Part shown: positions 1 through 9,258 of the stretch, one piece after another
How the letters are laid out: every line of letters begins with the position of its first letter
Numbering within the stretch: position 1 is the stretch's first letter
Origin: a virus
Lineage: Duplodnaviria; Caudoviricetes
Virus record (IMG/VR): IMGVR_UViG_3300029305_005443
Span: 79,915-143,914 of that record
DNA: 64,000 nt
Direction: 5' to 3' (one strand)
Notes under the pieces: generated by a model
What the model was told of the DNA's origin: nothing
The model's database searches: none
What the model saw: the letters and a program-made list of their open reading frames with translations, nothing else
Position numbers and translations under genes: made by a program

Positions 1-270
1 TACATTGATGCAGATGAGCTTATGGAACAGATGGAAAATGCTTGTATGGGGGTTATGAGTGGGTGCGACCCATTTAATTAGCCATTGAAAGTTCTTGAAT
101 CTGCCCCAACCGCCGATGTGGTAGAGCGTAAGAGGGGGAAGTGGGTCAGAAAAGAAATTCACTCGAACTGGAGCGATTGGACGGAATATACTTGCTCATT
201 ATGCGGGGCAACTTTTAAAGGGCTATATAAGGCGAACTTCTGTCCAAATTGTGGAGCAGAGATGGGATAA
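1..270 (+). CDS. Small Zn-ribbon paralogue (YIDAD..PTADV..GKW..CxxC..FCPNCGA), 5' partial, one TAG read as Gln
   Basis: Frame 1 is open from base 1 (YIDADELMEQ..) through TAG 79-81 into the track ORF 85-270; same module order as neighbouring paralogues. Confidence 0.8.
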
Positions 271-280
271 AGGAGAGAAG

Positions 281-616
281 ATGGCTGATTTGATGACATT
301 TCCTAATACTGTTGAAGAATTTATGGAGAAGTACAAAATTGTTGACAAGGAGCAAGTATATACAAACGGAGCAGAATTAGTCCCGATTTTCCGAATGAAA
401 CAATGGTTTGAGCATTTACCTACAGCAGATGTTAGGGAAAATATCCACGCTCATTGGGAAGATTGGTCTTTTTTAGGATGGGATATGGAAACCCATTGGC
501 GAAGAAGATGTTCTAATTGCCTTTGTGAGAGGGAGGACGATAATGAAGAAAAGGACACCCCGTTCTGCCCGAACTGCGGAGCGGAAATGACAGGGATGAG
601 AGGTGAACAAAATTGA
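281..616 (+). CDS. Small Zn-ribbon paralogue (PTADV..HAHW..CSNC..FCPNCGA)
   Basis: AGGAGAG RBS before ATG 281; two CxxC pairs. Confidence 0.8.
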   Translation: MADLMTFPNTVEEFMEKYKIVDKEQVYTNGAELVPIFRMKQWFEHLPTADVRENIHAHWEDWSFLGWDMETHWRRRCSNCLCEREDDNEEKDTPFCPNCGAEMTGMRGEQN

Positions 617-744
617 CAATATGGATTTACTCTTTTGATGACGGAACTGAACTTAAACTGATTGATGTGGGATTTTCCACGGCAGAGCTTTGGAAGTTAG
701 CAGAACTGCATGGCAAGTGTTCCATTTCGCACAAGCGGATATGA
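613..744 (+). CDS. Hypothetical 43-aa protein
   Basis: GAGGTG RBS, TTG start overlapping upstream stop, fills the gap. Confidence 0.55.
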   Translation: MTIWIYSFDDGTELKLIDVGFSTAELWKLAELHGKCSISHKRI

Positions 745-757
745 GAAGAGGAATAAG

Positions 758-1078
758 ATGCAGAGATATATAACAGTTGAGGATGCTCTAAATTCAATGT
801 GCGACAGTTGTGATGCTAAACACGCTATTTGCGCTCATTGTCCGTGTAAACACTATGAAGCCGTTGAGTGTACTCCTTCTGCCGATGTAAGAGAGAACAT
901 TCACGGAAGATGGATTGTTGATGAGGATGGGAACCTTGAATGTTCTGTGTGCGGGCATCATGGAGTTGGGGATCTGTATTGCGAACGATGCGGCGCACGA
1001 ATGGACGAATCTGAAGGACCGACAATGGAAGAATATATGTATGGACAAGAAGGGAGCGAAGAAGATGGGAGTTTGTGA
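758..1078 (+). CDS. Cys-rich small paralogue (RYI..PSADV..HGRW..CSVC..YCERCGA)
   Basis: GAGGA RBS before ATG 758; family motifs. Confidence 0.8.
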   Translation: MQRYITVEDALNSMCDSCDAKHAICAHCPCKHYEAVECTPSADVRENIHGRWIVDEDGNLECSVCGHHGVGDLYCERCGARMDESEGPTMEEYMYGQEGSEEDGSL

Positions 1079-1418
1079 CGATCTAATCAGCAGACAGGAG
1101 GCGGTTGCTTATGCTATTTCCGGCCTTACAAGGGAGATTGACGGTGAGAAATGGATAAGGGTGTCGGAAGTACGTGAAAGCATTAAGGCACTGCCGCCCG
1201 CACAGCAATGGATACCAGTAACGGAGCAGTTGCCGAAACTTGGCGAAAAGGTTTTGGTATCAACTAAAAATACTGTATTTACGCAAGTGTTTAAGCGTAT
1301 TTACGGCACACCCGATAGATGGGGGTGGGAGCATCACTCCGTCAAGAAGGTAACTGCTTGGATGCCACTTCCGAAGCCGTATAAGGAGGGCCTGGGCAAT
1401 GCCAACGAGATTGATTGA
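1065..1418 (+). CDS. DUF551-like protein (DLISRQ head + WIPVTEQLP..VTAWMPLPKPY)
   Basis: Characteristic DUF551 motifs WIPV.E.LP and AWMPLP. Confidence 0.8.
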   Translation: MGVCDDLISRQEAVAYAISGLTREIDGEKWIRVSEVRESIKALPPAQQWIPVTEQLPKLGEKVLVSTKNTVFTQVFKRIYGTPDRWGWEHHSVKKVTAWMPLPKPYKEGLGNANEID

Positions 1419-1575
1419 AGCATTAAAAGACAAGACAGCAGAAGAACAATGTGACTTCATAAGATGGCTTGTGCTTGATTATGCTATGTGTTTTACAGAC
1501 TCAAGAGAAGCAGTGATTGAATGGTTGAAGGAAAGGATCGAAGATGACGAGATTGGTGAGACACATCAAGGTTGA
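1399..1575 (+). CDS. Hypothetical 58-aa protein
   Basis: AAGGAGG RBS, ATG 1399, open to TGA 1573-1575. Confidence 0.6.
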   Translation: MPTRLIEALKDKTAEEQCDFIRWLVLDYAMCFTDSREAVIEWLKERIEDDEIGETHQG

Positions 1576-1831
1576 AGATGCCATCAAAGTGGCAGACGAA
1601 GAGTGTGGTGAGTTCCGGGGGATTTTCGGTCAGATAAAAGAACGGTTAGAAACCATGCCCACCACAGATGCAGTGGAAGTGGTGACATGCAAGGATTGTG
1701 TGTTTCTTGAAGTGCTGAACTCTGAATAGTATTATGCACGATGCAAATGGCATGGGAGACTATTTCCGAGTTTTGGCAACCCAGACACAAGGTATTGGTT
1801 TTGTGCTGACTGTCAGAGGAGAGAAGAATGA
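1544..1831 (+). CDS. Small paralogue (PTTDAVEVVTCKDC..C..FC), TAG 1727 read as Gln
   Basis: Readthrough restores the family C-terminus (RC..WFCADCQRREE) and an ATGA overlap with the next gene. Confidence 0.8.
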
Positions 1832-2109
1832 GCAGATACATTGATGCTGAAAATGCAATTTCTGTGCTTGAAATACTTTCAGATAAGTGCACTGATGATA
1901 AGGTTTTTGAACAAGCCATATCCGTACTAAAAGATGTTCCGACTGCTGATGTAGTTCCAAAAGAAAAAACAAATAAAGCATGGGTTGTTATTAGGCTTGG
2001 CAAATGGTGTCATAAAGCAACTTCTATGTTCTTATATGACAGAGTTTACAAAAATGGTTATAAGTGGACACCTTTTTGTTTGAAGACTTTTCGATATGTA
2101 GGAGGCTGA
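1828..2109 (+). CDS. Small paralogue (RYIDAE..PTADVV)
   Basis: ORF track; family motifs. Confidence 0.75.
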   Translation: MSRYIDAENAISVLEILSDKCTDDKVFEQAISVLKDVPTADVVPKEKTNKAWVVIRLGKWCHKATSMFLYDRVYKNGYKWTPFCLKTFRYVGG

Positions 2110-2111
2110 CT

Positions 2112-2387
2112 ATGGCAAGATACATTGATGTGGAAAAACTCATTGACTTCAAGTTTTCGTATATCACAAATGAACGCTATAAAGACGGAAAACGGAAAAG
2201 TGAGGACGAGATATATGCATACAAGGTCGGGTACAATGAAGCAATAGATAATATCATACGGTTTGCCACAACAGCCGAGGAAGAAAAGGTAGCAATAGAA
2301 TACTGTATGAAGAAGGGTCTTGTAATGATTCCAATGGACTATTTGGAAAAAGTGATTGCGTATGAAAATCGAGGTACTGTACTATGA
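2112..2387 (+). CDS. Small paralogue (ARYIDVE head)
   Basis: GGAGG RBS before ATG 2112. Confidence 0.75.
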   Translation: MARYIDVEKLIDFKFSYITNERYKDGKRKSEDEIYAYKVGYNEAIDNIIRFATTAEEEKVAIEYCMKKGLVMIPMDYLEKVIAYENRGTVL

Positions 2388-2617
2388 GTAGATACATTGA
2401 TGCTGATTTACTGAAAACAGATTATTTTGCACTTCCGTCTACATCAGGGACAACAGTTAGTACACAGTATGTCTCATTATTTCAAATACTTAATACCCCT
2501 ACCGCCGATGTAGTGGAAGTGGTGCGGTGTAAGGAGTGTGTAAGGCACAACTCTTGCAACTTTGAACAGTATCAAGGTCTTGATGGTTTCTGTTCGTTGG
2601 GCGAAAGGAGAGAATGA
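2384..2617 (+). CDS. Small paralogue (RYIDAD..PTADVVEVVRCKEC..FCSLGERR)
   Basis: GAGGT RBS; family motifs. Confidence 0.8.
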   Translation: MSRYIDADLLKTDYFALPSTSGTTVSTQYVSLFQILNTPTADVVEVVRCKECVRHNSCNFEQYQGLDGFCSLGERRE

Positions 2618-2814
2618 TGGCAGAGGTAAAAATTGATTTGCAGGACCTATTGGCAAAATCAAATTTTGTACAGGTAGTTCGGTGCAAGGATTGTAAGCAC
2701 AAATACTACGACAGTGACCAAATTATATGCCAGAAGTTGTATTGTTGTGACGGTGATAATTTTGTACCATTCGATGATGATTTTTGTTCAAGGGGAGAAA
2801 GGAGAGAAGAATGA
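2614..2814 (+). CDS. Small paralogue (VVRCKDCKH..FCSRGERR)
   Basis: AAGGAG RBS; family motifs. Confidence 0.8.
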   Translation: MMAEVKIDLQDLLAKSNFVQVVRCKDCKHKYYDSDQIICQKLYCCDGDNFVPFDDDFCSRGERREE

Positions 2815-3095
2815 TGAATTGTGGATATGGAGAAATGGCAACTTGTGAACTGACGGAGAATAAACCAGAAACGGCAAAGTCCGTTTTAGAGGAAATGGAT
2901 GGTATTCTCAAGGAACTCTCTACCGAACTACGGAGAATTGATGATGCGATTTATTCTCCTCAAAATGTTGAAAACACAGTAAAATCAAATGAGCCTACTG
3001 CACCAGAGGGTTTTCTTGAAACATTGAACAGGCAGAGATGTGTTGCAAGAGACTCGTTAGCCTTTGCCATCCGCATTAGAGAAGGGTTGTGGTGA
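2811..3095 (+). CDS. Hypothetical protein
   Basis: AAGGAG RBS; ATGA-coupled to the previous gene. Confidence 0.75.
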   Translation: MMNCGYGEMATCELTENKPETAKSVLEEMDGILKELSTELRRIDDAIYSPQNVENTVKSNEPTAPEGFLETLNRQRCVARDSLAFAIRIREGLW

Positions 3096-3235
3096 TGATG
3101 CCTGACGATGAGGTGGACTACGATCCTTGCGAGGAATGCCATGAGCGTGGGGACGATTACTATCAAGACGAGGACGGGGATTGGATGATGAGGTGCTACG
3201 ATTGTCCGTTATGGGAAAGGAGATATGATGAATGA
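3095..3235 (+). CDS. Small acidic CxxC..CxxC protein (46 aa)
   Basis: Translates MMPDDEVDYDPCEECHERGDDYYQDEDGDWMMRCYDCPLW..; overlaps both neighbours. Confidence 0.65.
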   Translation: MMPDDEVDYDPCEECHERGDDYYQDEDGDWMMRCYDCPLWERRYDE

Positions 3236-3515
3236 CCTAATCAGCAGAAAAGCGGCGATTCGATGGGTTAAAACCGAATGTAATCCATACGGAAAACCTA
3301 CACTTGATTTTGAAAGTGGCAAAAAGGTCATAGAGCATCTTGAGCAGATGACACCCGCACAGCCGGAACGGAAGCACGGAAAGTGGGTTGACCCGGCGAC
3401 CATTGATGTTTATAGATGCTCTGTTTGTGAAGAGTATACAAAATTAGAAGTCCCGGGGTTGTTTTATCATTATTGCCCTAATTGTGGCACAGAAATGGAA
3501 ATAGATAATGAATAA
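3225..3515 (+). CDS. Zn-ribbon paralogue (DLISRK..PAQPERKHGKW..CSVC..YCPNCG)
   Basis: AAGGAG RBS; family motifs. Confidence 0.8.
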   Translation: MMNDLISRKAAIRWVKTECNPYGKPTLDFESGKKVIEHLEQMTPAQPERKHGKWVDPATIDVYRCSVCEEYTKLEVPGLFYHYCPNCGTEMEIDNE

Positions 3516-3840
3516 CGATTTAATTAGTAGACAAGCAGCAATTGATCTGATCCACAAGACCATATATGGATTTTTCGACATTGTTGATAATGAGTCAGAA
3601 GAGCCGATAAGCGAAAAGGACAGATTGCTTCTTGAGGTCAATAAGGTAATCTCGAACGGGATAAAAGATTTGTCTCCCGCACAGCCTGAAAGGAAGAAAG
3701 GAAAGTGGATAAAACAAAATCCGCTTGTTGACACAGAAGAATGCTCCCTTTGTAAATATAATATTTACAGTGAGGAGCTTGAAACACCATTTTGTCCTTG
3801 GTGTGGAGCACAGATGGAGGCAAATTATGAAGAAACCTAA
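3508..3840 (+). CDS. Zn-ribbon paralogue (DLISRQ..PAQPERKKGKW..CSLC..FCPWCGA)
   Basis: Family motifs. Confidence 0.8.
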   Translation: MNNDLISRQAAIDLIHKTIYGFFDIVDNESEEPISEKDRLLLEVNKVISNGIKDLSPAQPERKKGKWIKQNPLVDTEECSLCKYNIYSEELETPFCPWCGAQMEANYEET

Positions 3841-4102
3841 TCAGATTACATTCGATGGCTCGAATTATGGCAAGCCAAGCGATATGTGGGAGGATATAAC
3901 CAGGACACTGCAGGTACTGATGCGTAACAACTATGCATGCACAATCCGATGTGACGAGCCAGCATTCGAAATCTATGCTATCGAGTTCGACTACGAGGAT
4001 GATGCACTTGCCGATGTGAAGCCCTATTGGATCACGCCGGAGCAAATGGAGAAGTTGCAAGACTTGGAAAGCGAGGATCAGGACGATGCCGAGGTACATT
4101 GA
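3827..4102 (+). CDS. Hypothetical acidic protein
   Basis: GGAGG RBS before ATG 3827. Confidence 0.7.
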   Translation: MKKPNQITFDGSNYGKPSDMWEDITRTLQVLMRNNYACTIRCDEPAFEIYAIEFDYEDDALADVKPYWITPEQMEKLQDLESEDQDDAEVH

Positions 4103-4490
4103 TGCAGATGAAGTTAAGAAAGCAATCGAAGAAAGTTGGGACGGATGTCTTGGGGCTTATGACTTTCACGAAATCACAATGAATGACTTATGGGTCATAG
4201 ATAAAGTGCCAAACGCTGATGTGGTGGACAAAGAACGCTATGTCCGAGTGCGTGAAAACGCTGATATTCTTTCAGACGCTTTAAGTGAGTATCAATCCGC
4301 TGATATGGTAGAGGTGGTGCGTTGCAAAGATTGTAAGCATCGTGAGAAAAATCATTATTGTCTAATTTGGGGTCAGCCTTATTTGTGCAACGATGAATGT
4401 TTCTGCTCATATGGAGAAAGTAGAACCGATGTGAAAAATGAAGAAGTAGACATAATTAAAATGCGTGTCAAAATAGAAAATCTTGAATGA
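4086..4490 (+). CDS. Small paralogue (RYIDAD..PNADVV..VVRCKDCKH..FCSYGE)
   Basis: Family motifs. Confidence 0.8.
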   Translation: MPRYIDADEVKKAIEESWDGCLGAYDFHEITMNDLWVIDKVPNADVVDKERYVRVRENADILSDALSEYQSADMVEVVRCKDCKHREKNHYCLIWGQPYLCNDECFCSYGESRTDVKNEEVDIIKMRVKIENLE

Positions 4491-4505
4491 GAGTGATTAT
4501 TAAAA

Positions 4506-4904
4506 ATGATTAGAATACTGACAGATAAGCAACTCAATGAAATTATTGAAAATGCAAAAGACGGACAGAAATGGCTTGCCGATGCAGAGTTCTCAAAAGA
4601 AAGGCACAATCTGTTAGAGCATATTTCTAAACTTGAAAGAGAATTGAAGCAATATCAAGATAAAATTCCTTACACTAAAGAAATAGGGCATCAGAACATA
4701 ACAAAACTCCAATGCTTTGTTACTTCTTTCGTTGATTCTGAACAATGTGAGGGACTTGCAATAGAATCCCTTAAAAGAGAACTCCAATATAAGTTTGAAC
4801 AAGACCTTGAAAGAATACTTCCAGAACTAATTAAGTACGAAATTATAAAGAATAAAGGTGAAGGAGTAATTAGTATAAGAGGTGAATTAAATGTCTGTGA
4901 ATGA
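4506..4904 (+). CDS. Hypothetical protein
   Basis: ORF track, operon context. Confidence 0.7.
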   Translation: MIRILTDKQLNEIIENAKDGQKWLADAEFSKERHNLLEHISKLERELKQYQDKIPYTKEIGHQNITKLQCFVTSFVDSEQCEGLAIESLKRELQYKFEQDLERILPELIKYEIIKNKGEGVISIRGELNVCE

Positions 4905-5091
4905 TGTTGAATTACTCAAAAAGAAAAGTATGACGAAGAAAGCCTATCTTGATAGTGTCCGTAGAGATAGGGAGAATATCAAGTGGAATACTGGCACAAG
5001 AGTACACACCGGTAACAAAGACTACAACCGCCAGAGAGATAAGAGAGAAACGGAGAGGATGGCAGAAGAAGATGGAACAAAACAAGATTGA
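4891..5091 (+). CDS. Small basic hypothetical protein
   Basis: GAGGTG RBS. Confidence 0.7.
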   Translation: MSVNDVELLKKKSMTKKAYLDSVRRDRENIKWNTGTRVHTGNKDYNRQRDKRETERMAEEDGTKQD

Positions 5092-5263
5092 AAAACTCGA
5101 ACAATATACTGATGGACAAACTAATCGTTATGGCGATGTAATTTGTTGGACTCATCACCCCACTCATAATGATTTTATGGAAAAGATAAATGAACTCGTT
5201 GATGCTGTGAATGAGTTGAGAGAAGAACTTTATAAAAGGAAAGACAATGCCGAAGTACATTGA
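5072..5263 (+). CDS. Hypothetical protein (KINELVDAVNEL coil)
   Basis: ATG 5072 within the track ORF. Confidence 0.7.
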   Translation: MEQNKIEKLEQYTDGQTNRYGDVICWTHHPTHNDFMEKINELVDAVNELREELYKRKDNAEVH

Positions 5264-5528
5264 AGAAAAAGAATTAAGGGAGTGGATTCAGAACTGGTTT
5301 GAAAAGAACAGATACTACCACCCTTATAGCAAGTCTAACGATATTCCAGTTCCAGAATTGTATGACATTTTGGAACAGATGCCCTCGGCATTAGGTCTTT
5401 GTAAAGATTGCAAGCATCTTAAGGATGGTGCCTATTGTCAGTTGTTAAACATTTTGGTTATGAAAGATTTTTTCAGTTGTTCTGCATTTGAAAAGGGAGA
5501 AGAAAATGTTAGGAAAGCCGAAGTATAA
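5247..5528 (+). CDS. Small paralogue (PKYIE..CKDCKH..C..FSCS)
   Basis: Family motifs. Confidence 0.75.
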   Translation: MPKYIEEKELREWIQNWFEKNRYYHPYSKSNDIPVPELYDILEQMPSALGLCKDCKHLKDGAYCQLLNILVMKDFFSCSAFEKGEENVRKAEV

Positions 5529-5832
5529 TTACGGAGATGTTGTTACTGTCAAAATGGATGATATAGAGTTTGATGGTATTGTAGCAATTATTGATAGATA
5601 TGGAACATGGGGAGATCCAAGTGATGTTTCTTATGATATTCTGAATAAGAAGCAGAACATTCTCTATAAGCATTGTAATGAAAAATATGTTATTGAAAAG
5701 ATCGGTGAAATTCCAGAGGATGAGATTTGGGAATTTGCCAATAATGAGCCTATAAACACAGAAGAAAAATAGCACCCAACAGAAGAAAAACAAAAATATC
5801 CTCCAATTTATGAAAAAAAGGTTGACAATTAA
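5506..5832 (+). CDS. Hypothetical protein (PKYNYGDVV.., SH3-like barrel), TAG 5770 read as Gln
   Basis: Tandem repeat TEEK[TAG]HP / TEEK[CAA]KYP; next true stop is TAA 5830. Confidence 0.7.
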
Positions 5833-5850
5833 CTATTTTTATGTTATTGT
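5822..5850 (+). promoter_or_regulatory. sigmaA/sigma70-type promoter
   Basis: TTGACA-17nt-TATTGT with TG extension. Confidence 0.65.
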
Positions 5851-5884
5851 TTAATTACAAAATAAATGAAATGAGGTTTCAACC

Positions 5885-6052
5885 ATGTTTTATGTAACCG
5901 TTGGAAAATATGAGCCTTGTAATGTGGCACTTTACCCCACACTTAAAGAAGCCATTAAAGAGGCTCAGATTCTTGTTGAAGACCTCTACCTTGATTTTCA
6001 CAAAGAAACTGAGGTTCACGTGATTGATGCAGAGGGTCATATTGTTTGGTAA
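5885..6052 (+). CDS. Hypothetical 55-aa protein
   Basis: GAGGT RBS directly after the promoter. Confidence 0.7.
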   Translation: MFYVTVGKYEPCNVALYPTLKEAIKEAQILVEDLYLDFHKETEVHVIDAEGHIVW

Positions 6053-6069
6053 GAAAGGAAGTAACAAAA

Positions 6070-6990
6070 ATGTCAGCTTGTGTTGAGTCCATGTTTAGTG
6101 TAAGAGAAGTTCCATGGCACGGTCTTGGACAGATCGTGAGCACTGCTCCTTCTTCAGAAGATGCCCTTGTTTTAGCAGGATTGGATTGGGAAGTGTGCAG
6201 GAAACCTGTCATTGTTGACGGCAAAGAAGTTCCCGGATATGTGGCAAATGTGAGAGATATTGATGATAAAGTTTTGGGAATTGTTTCGGATAGATACAAG
6301 ATTGTTCAGAATAAGCAAGCATTTGATTTTACAGATTCTCTTATTGCAAGTGGAAATGTTGTTTATGAAACAGCTGGTAGCTTGAAAGATGGAAAGACTA
6401 TTTGGCTTCTTGCTAACCTTCCTGATACAAAGCTCGTTGGTGATGATGTGAAAACGTATATTTGTTTCACAAATTCTCACGATGGTAAGGGTGCAATTAG
6501 GGCAATGATGACCCCTGTTAGGGTTGTTTGCAATAACACTCTTAATTGTGCAATTAGTACTGCACAGAGAATGTGGTCAATGAAACATATGGGGGATATG
6601 GCTTCTAAACTTAGAGAAGCTCAAATGGCTCTTGGCCTTGCAGACACCTACATGAAAGAACTTAGTATTTCTGCAGATATTCTTGCAAAAAAGAAAATGT
6701 CAGATGCAGAAATTGAGTCTGCAATTATTAAATTATTCCCAATTACACCTGAAATGTCAGATAGACAGAAAACAACTGTGGGATTTTCTCGTGATGCATT
6801 TAAGATTTGTCTTAATAGAGATGATCTTGCAAATTTCAAGAACACAGCATGGGGATTTGTTAATGCTGCTTCAGATTTTGTTGGTCATTCTGCACCTGCA
6901 AGACTTACTGCAAATTATCAGTCAAATAATTGGGGTGCAATTATGAACGGTCATCCTATTTTTGACAAAGCATTTTCTTTGGTGTCTTGA
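6070..6990 (+). CDS. DUF932 family phage/plasmid protein
   Basis: Motifs MFSVREVPWHGLG, YETAGSL..GK.IWLLA, NSHDG, TPVRVVCNNTL; AAGGAAG RBS. Confidence 0.9.
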   Translation: MSACVESMFSVREVPWHGLGQIVSTAPSSEDALVLAGLDWEVCRKPVIVDGKEVPGYVANVRDIDDKVLGIVSDRYKIVQNKQAFDFTDSLIASGNVVYETAGSLKDGKTIWLLANLPDTKLVGDDVKTYICFTNSHDGKGAIRAMMTPVRVVCNNTLNCAISTAQRMWSMKHMGDMASKLREAQMALGLADTYMKELSISADILAKKKMSDAEIESAIIKLFPITPEMSDRQKTTVGFSRDAFKICLNRDDLANFKNTAWGFVNAASDFVGHSAPARLTANYQSNNWGAIMNGHPIFDKAFSLVS

Positions 6991-6991
6991 T

Positions 6992-7351
6992 ATGAATAAA
7001 AATTTCCACGATCTTTGTGTTAGAGATTTCATTGAAAAGTTTAAGAAATATTCTGGTGATGAAAAAGTACTAGAAGATTTATTTTCTTTTGGGTATTGTT
7101 ATCATTTCTCAATCATATTGAAAGACCTTTTTAATGGTTGTATAATGTATAATCCAGTAGAAAATCATTTTGCTACTAAAATTTATGTTGAAACTAGTTG
7201 GTATGCAAATAATGATGAAAAAGAATACAGATTATACGACATTACTGGAAGATTAGACCTTAATGATGAGTGGGTTGAGTGGACATCTTACGAAGAAGAA
7301 GAGCCTTTGGGCTCAGAAAGAATTAAGGAGCAGTGCCTTTATAAACTGTAA
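6992..7351 (+). CDS. Conserved phage hypothetical protein (FxxGYCYxF..YDITG)
   Basis: ORF track; motif. Confidence 0.75.
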   Translation: MNKNFHDLCVRDFIEKFKKYSGDEKVLEDLFSFGYCYHFSIILKDLFNGCIMYNPVENHFATKIYVETSWYANNDEKEYRLYDITGRLDLNDEWVEWTSYEEEEPLGSERIKEQCLYKL

Positions 7352-7364
7352 GGAAAGATAAGTT

Positions 7365-7838
7365 ATGAATGAATTTGAAATTATTACTTCTGAATTTATT
7401 CCATCAGTAAATGCATATAGTGGTGCGGCATATATTCTTCCTGATGGAAAATATATCAATGTCGTTAATCATGGGGACATCGATGAGTTTATTATGAACT
7501 CTGATGAGTATGATTCTGAAAATCATCTTGAGAACTATCATAACGGTATTATGGTAGATAAGTACAACTGTGTCAGGCTTAATGATGGGGGAAATTCCGT
7601 ATTTAAGAATGATGTGTATATTATGCTGCCAAAAGAAATTACAGATGAGCAGTTGTATTCCATTAAGTATTGGCTTGAAAAGTTTATTTTTGGAAATGTT
7701 CTTGTTGAAGAATCCAAGACTAATACAACTGCTACCTATGATTTAAGGGATAGAACCCCAAACTATGTTATAAACCGGATTAAGAGATACTATAACGGAA
7801 ATGGTCTCGTTGAACATAAGGAAAAAGATTATGAGTGA
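7365..7838 (+). CDS. Hypothetical protein (YILPDGK..H)
   Basis: AAGGA RBS. Confidence 0.75.
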   Translation: MNEFEIITSEFIPSVNAYSGAAYILPDGKYINVVNHGDIDEFIMNSDEYDSENHLENYHNGIMVDKYNCVRLNDGGNSVFKNDVYIMLPKEITDEQLYSIKYWLEKFIFGNVLVEESKTNTTATYDLRDRTPNYVINRIKRYYNGNGLVEHKEKDYE

Positions 7839-8127
7839 AGTAGAATTGGAAGAAAAAAGAGCAATTATTTATCTACCAGAAAATTCTGTGGAAGCAACTT
7901 TTTTGCTTAAAGTGTATGACTCAGAAAAAGAAGGCTTAATTGAAGTTAAAAAAACTCTTGGATTAAGTGACCTTCGCAGGGCTTTTGAAGACGCTGAGTA
8001 TAATTATATAGAAGATGATGATAAATTTGTCCTTACAGAAAAAGGAAGAGAATATGCAGAAGAGCTTAAGAAACGAGACAAGCTTTTCGATGAGTGTCTT
8101 AATCAGGTACCTTGGAAAAATATCTAA
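7831..8127 (+). CDS. Hypothetical protein
   Basis: AAGGA RBS before ATG 7831. Confidence 0.75.
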   Translation: MSEVELEEKRAIIYLPENSVEATFLLKVYDSEKEGLIEVKKTLGLSDLRRAFEDAEYNYIEDDDKFVLTEKGREYAEELKKRDKLFDECLNQVPWKNI

Positions 8128-8257
8128 TTTTAAACTATTATGTTAGAAATTATTAATTTCATAATTCATAGTGATTGCATTTATAGGGTGCATTATTTTA
8201 ATGTAAGTTATTGCAGATTGGATTTTTGAAAAAGTTAAAGAAAATATGGAATAATTG

Positions 8258-8286
8258 TTGACTTCTATTGCACTGCATTGTATAAT
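8258..8286 (+). promoter_or_regulatory. sigmaA-type promoter
   Basis: TTGACT-17nt-TATAAT. Confidence 0.75.
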
Positions 8287-8311
8287 AATAATTACAAAAG
8301 GAGGTATTATT

Positions 8312-8452
8312 ATGATTACATTGTTAATGAGTTTGGTCAACACTAACCCTTATAATGGTCCTATTTGGTTTGGGGCTATTTCTGATTTTTTCATTGTTCT
8401 AATGATAGTTTATATGTGCGTAATTAGTAGAAAGAATAAAAACAATGAATGA
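8312..8452 (+). CDS. Small membrane protein
   Basis: AAGGAGGT RBS; hydrophobic segment then basic tail. Confidence 0.7.
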   Translation: MITLLMSLVNTNPYNGPIWFGAISDFFIVLMIVYMCVISRKNKNNE

Positions 8453-8663
8453 TTGGGTACCTGTAAAAGCCTCCCTCCCTTTAGAAAATGGGGACTATTT
8501 GGTAACAGATGAAATTGTATTAGACAAATATTCATCTCTTCGTTCAATAAAAATAGCATATTATCATATTGAATTTGGGTGGCTTGTTCACGATGCAGAT
8601 AATTGTATAAAAGGTAAAGTTATAGCTTGGAAAGTTTTACCTACCGTTTACAATGGGGACTGA
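8445..8663 (+). CDS. DUF551-like protein
   Basis: WVPVKASLP..YLVT..VIAWK.LP. Confidence 0.75.
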   Translation: MNDWVPVKASLPLENGDYLVTDEIVLDKYSSLRSIKIAYYHIEFGWLVHDADNCIKGKVIAWKVLPTVYNGD

Positions 8664-8664
8664 T

Positions 8665-8877
8665 ATGTATTACGAAGAAGAAGTTGTAGAAGCAATTGAG
8701 GAGAGCTTTGTAAGGTATCTTGAGAAAAAAGGGGCCAGTGTTTGCAGAAATTGTAAATATTGGTACAGAAACTTAAAGGGTAGGGGAATTAGCCTTGATT
8801 GCCCTTGGAGAAACAGTGATGTGCCTAGGGCAATGGATTTTTGCAGTAGATGGGAATCAAAGGAGGAAAAAGAATGA
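8665..8877 (+). CDS. Small Cys-rich paralogue (CRNCKYW..C..DFCSRWE)
   Basis: Family motifs. Confidence 0.75.
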   Translation: MYYEEEVVEAIEESFVRYLEKKGASVCRNCKYWYRNLKGRGISLDCPWRNSDVPRAMDFCSRWESKEEKE

Positions 8878-9038
8878 TGACCAATGCTGACAGAATCCGA
8901 GCGATGACAGATGAAGAGTTTGCATCTTTTCTTGCATTGACCGAATTAAAACATTATATGCAAAGTGACATTACTGAAGAACTCGACAAAAGTTATGACA
9001 AATATATCAATTGGTTGAAAAAGGAGGCGAAAGAGTGA
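8874..9038 (+). CDS. Small protein (MTNADRIRAMTDEE family)
   Basis: AAGGAGG RBS; motif common in Firmicutes phages. Confidence 0.75.
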   Translation: MMTNADRIRAMTDEEFASFLALTELKHYMQSDITEELDKSYDKYINWLKKEAKE

Positions 9039-9193
9039 GACTTCTGCATATTGTATTTGAATATCGTGACGAGCACTCGGACGAAAATTGGAATAGGCAG
9101 GAATGCTATGTGTCGTCCGTTAAAGAGTGCAAAGACATTTACGGACTTGGTATCGACTGTGAATATAGAATCATCAGTGTTAAGCAGGTTTAA
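9035..9193 (+). CDS. Hypothetical small protein
   Basis: AAGGAGG RBS, GTG start. Confidence 0.65.
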   Translation: MRLLHIVFEYRDEHSDENWNRQECYVSSVKECKDIYGLGIDCEYRIISVKQV

Positions 9194-9258
9194 TTATGCA
9201 TGGTGATTAAAATCATAGTCCTATATTGATTTAATCGTGAATGATGAGGAGGAGGAAA

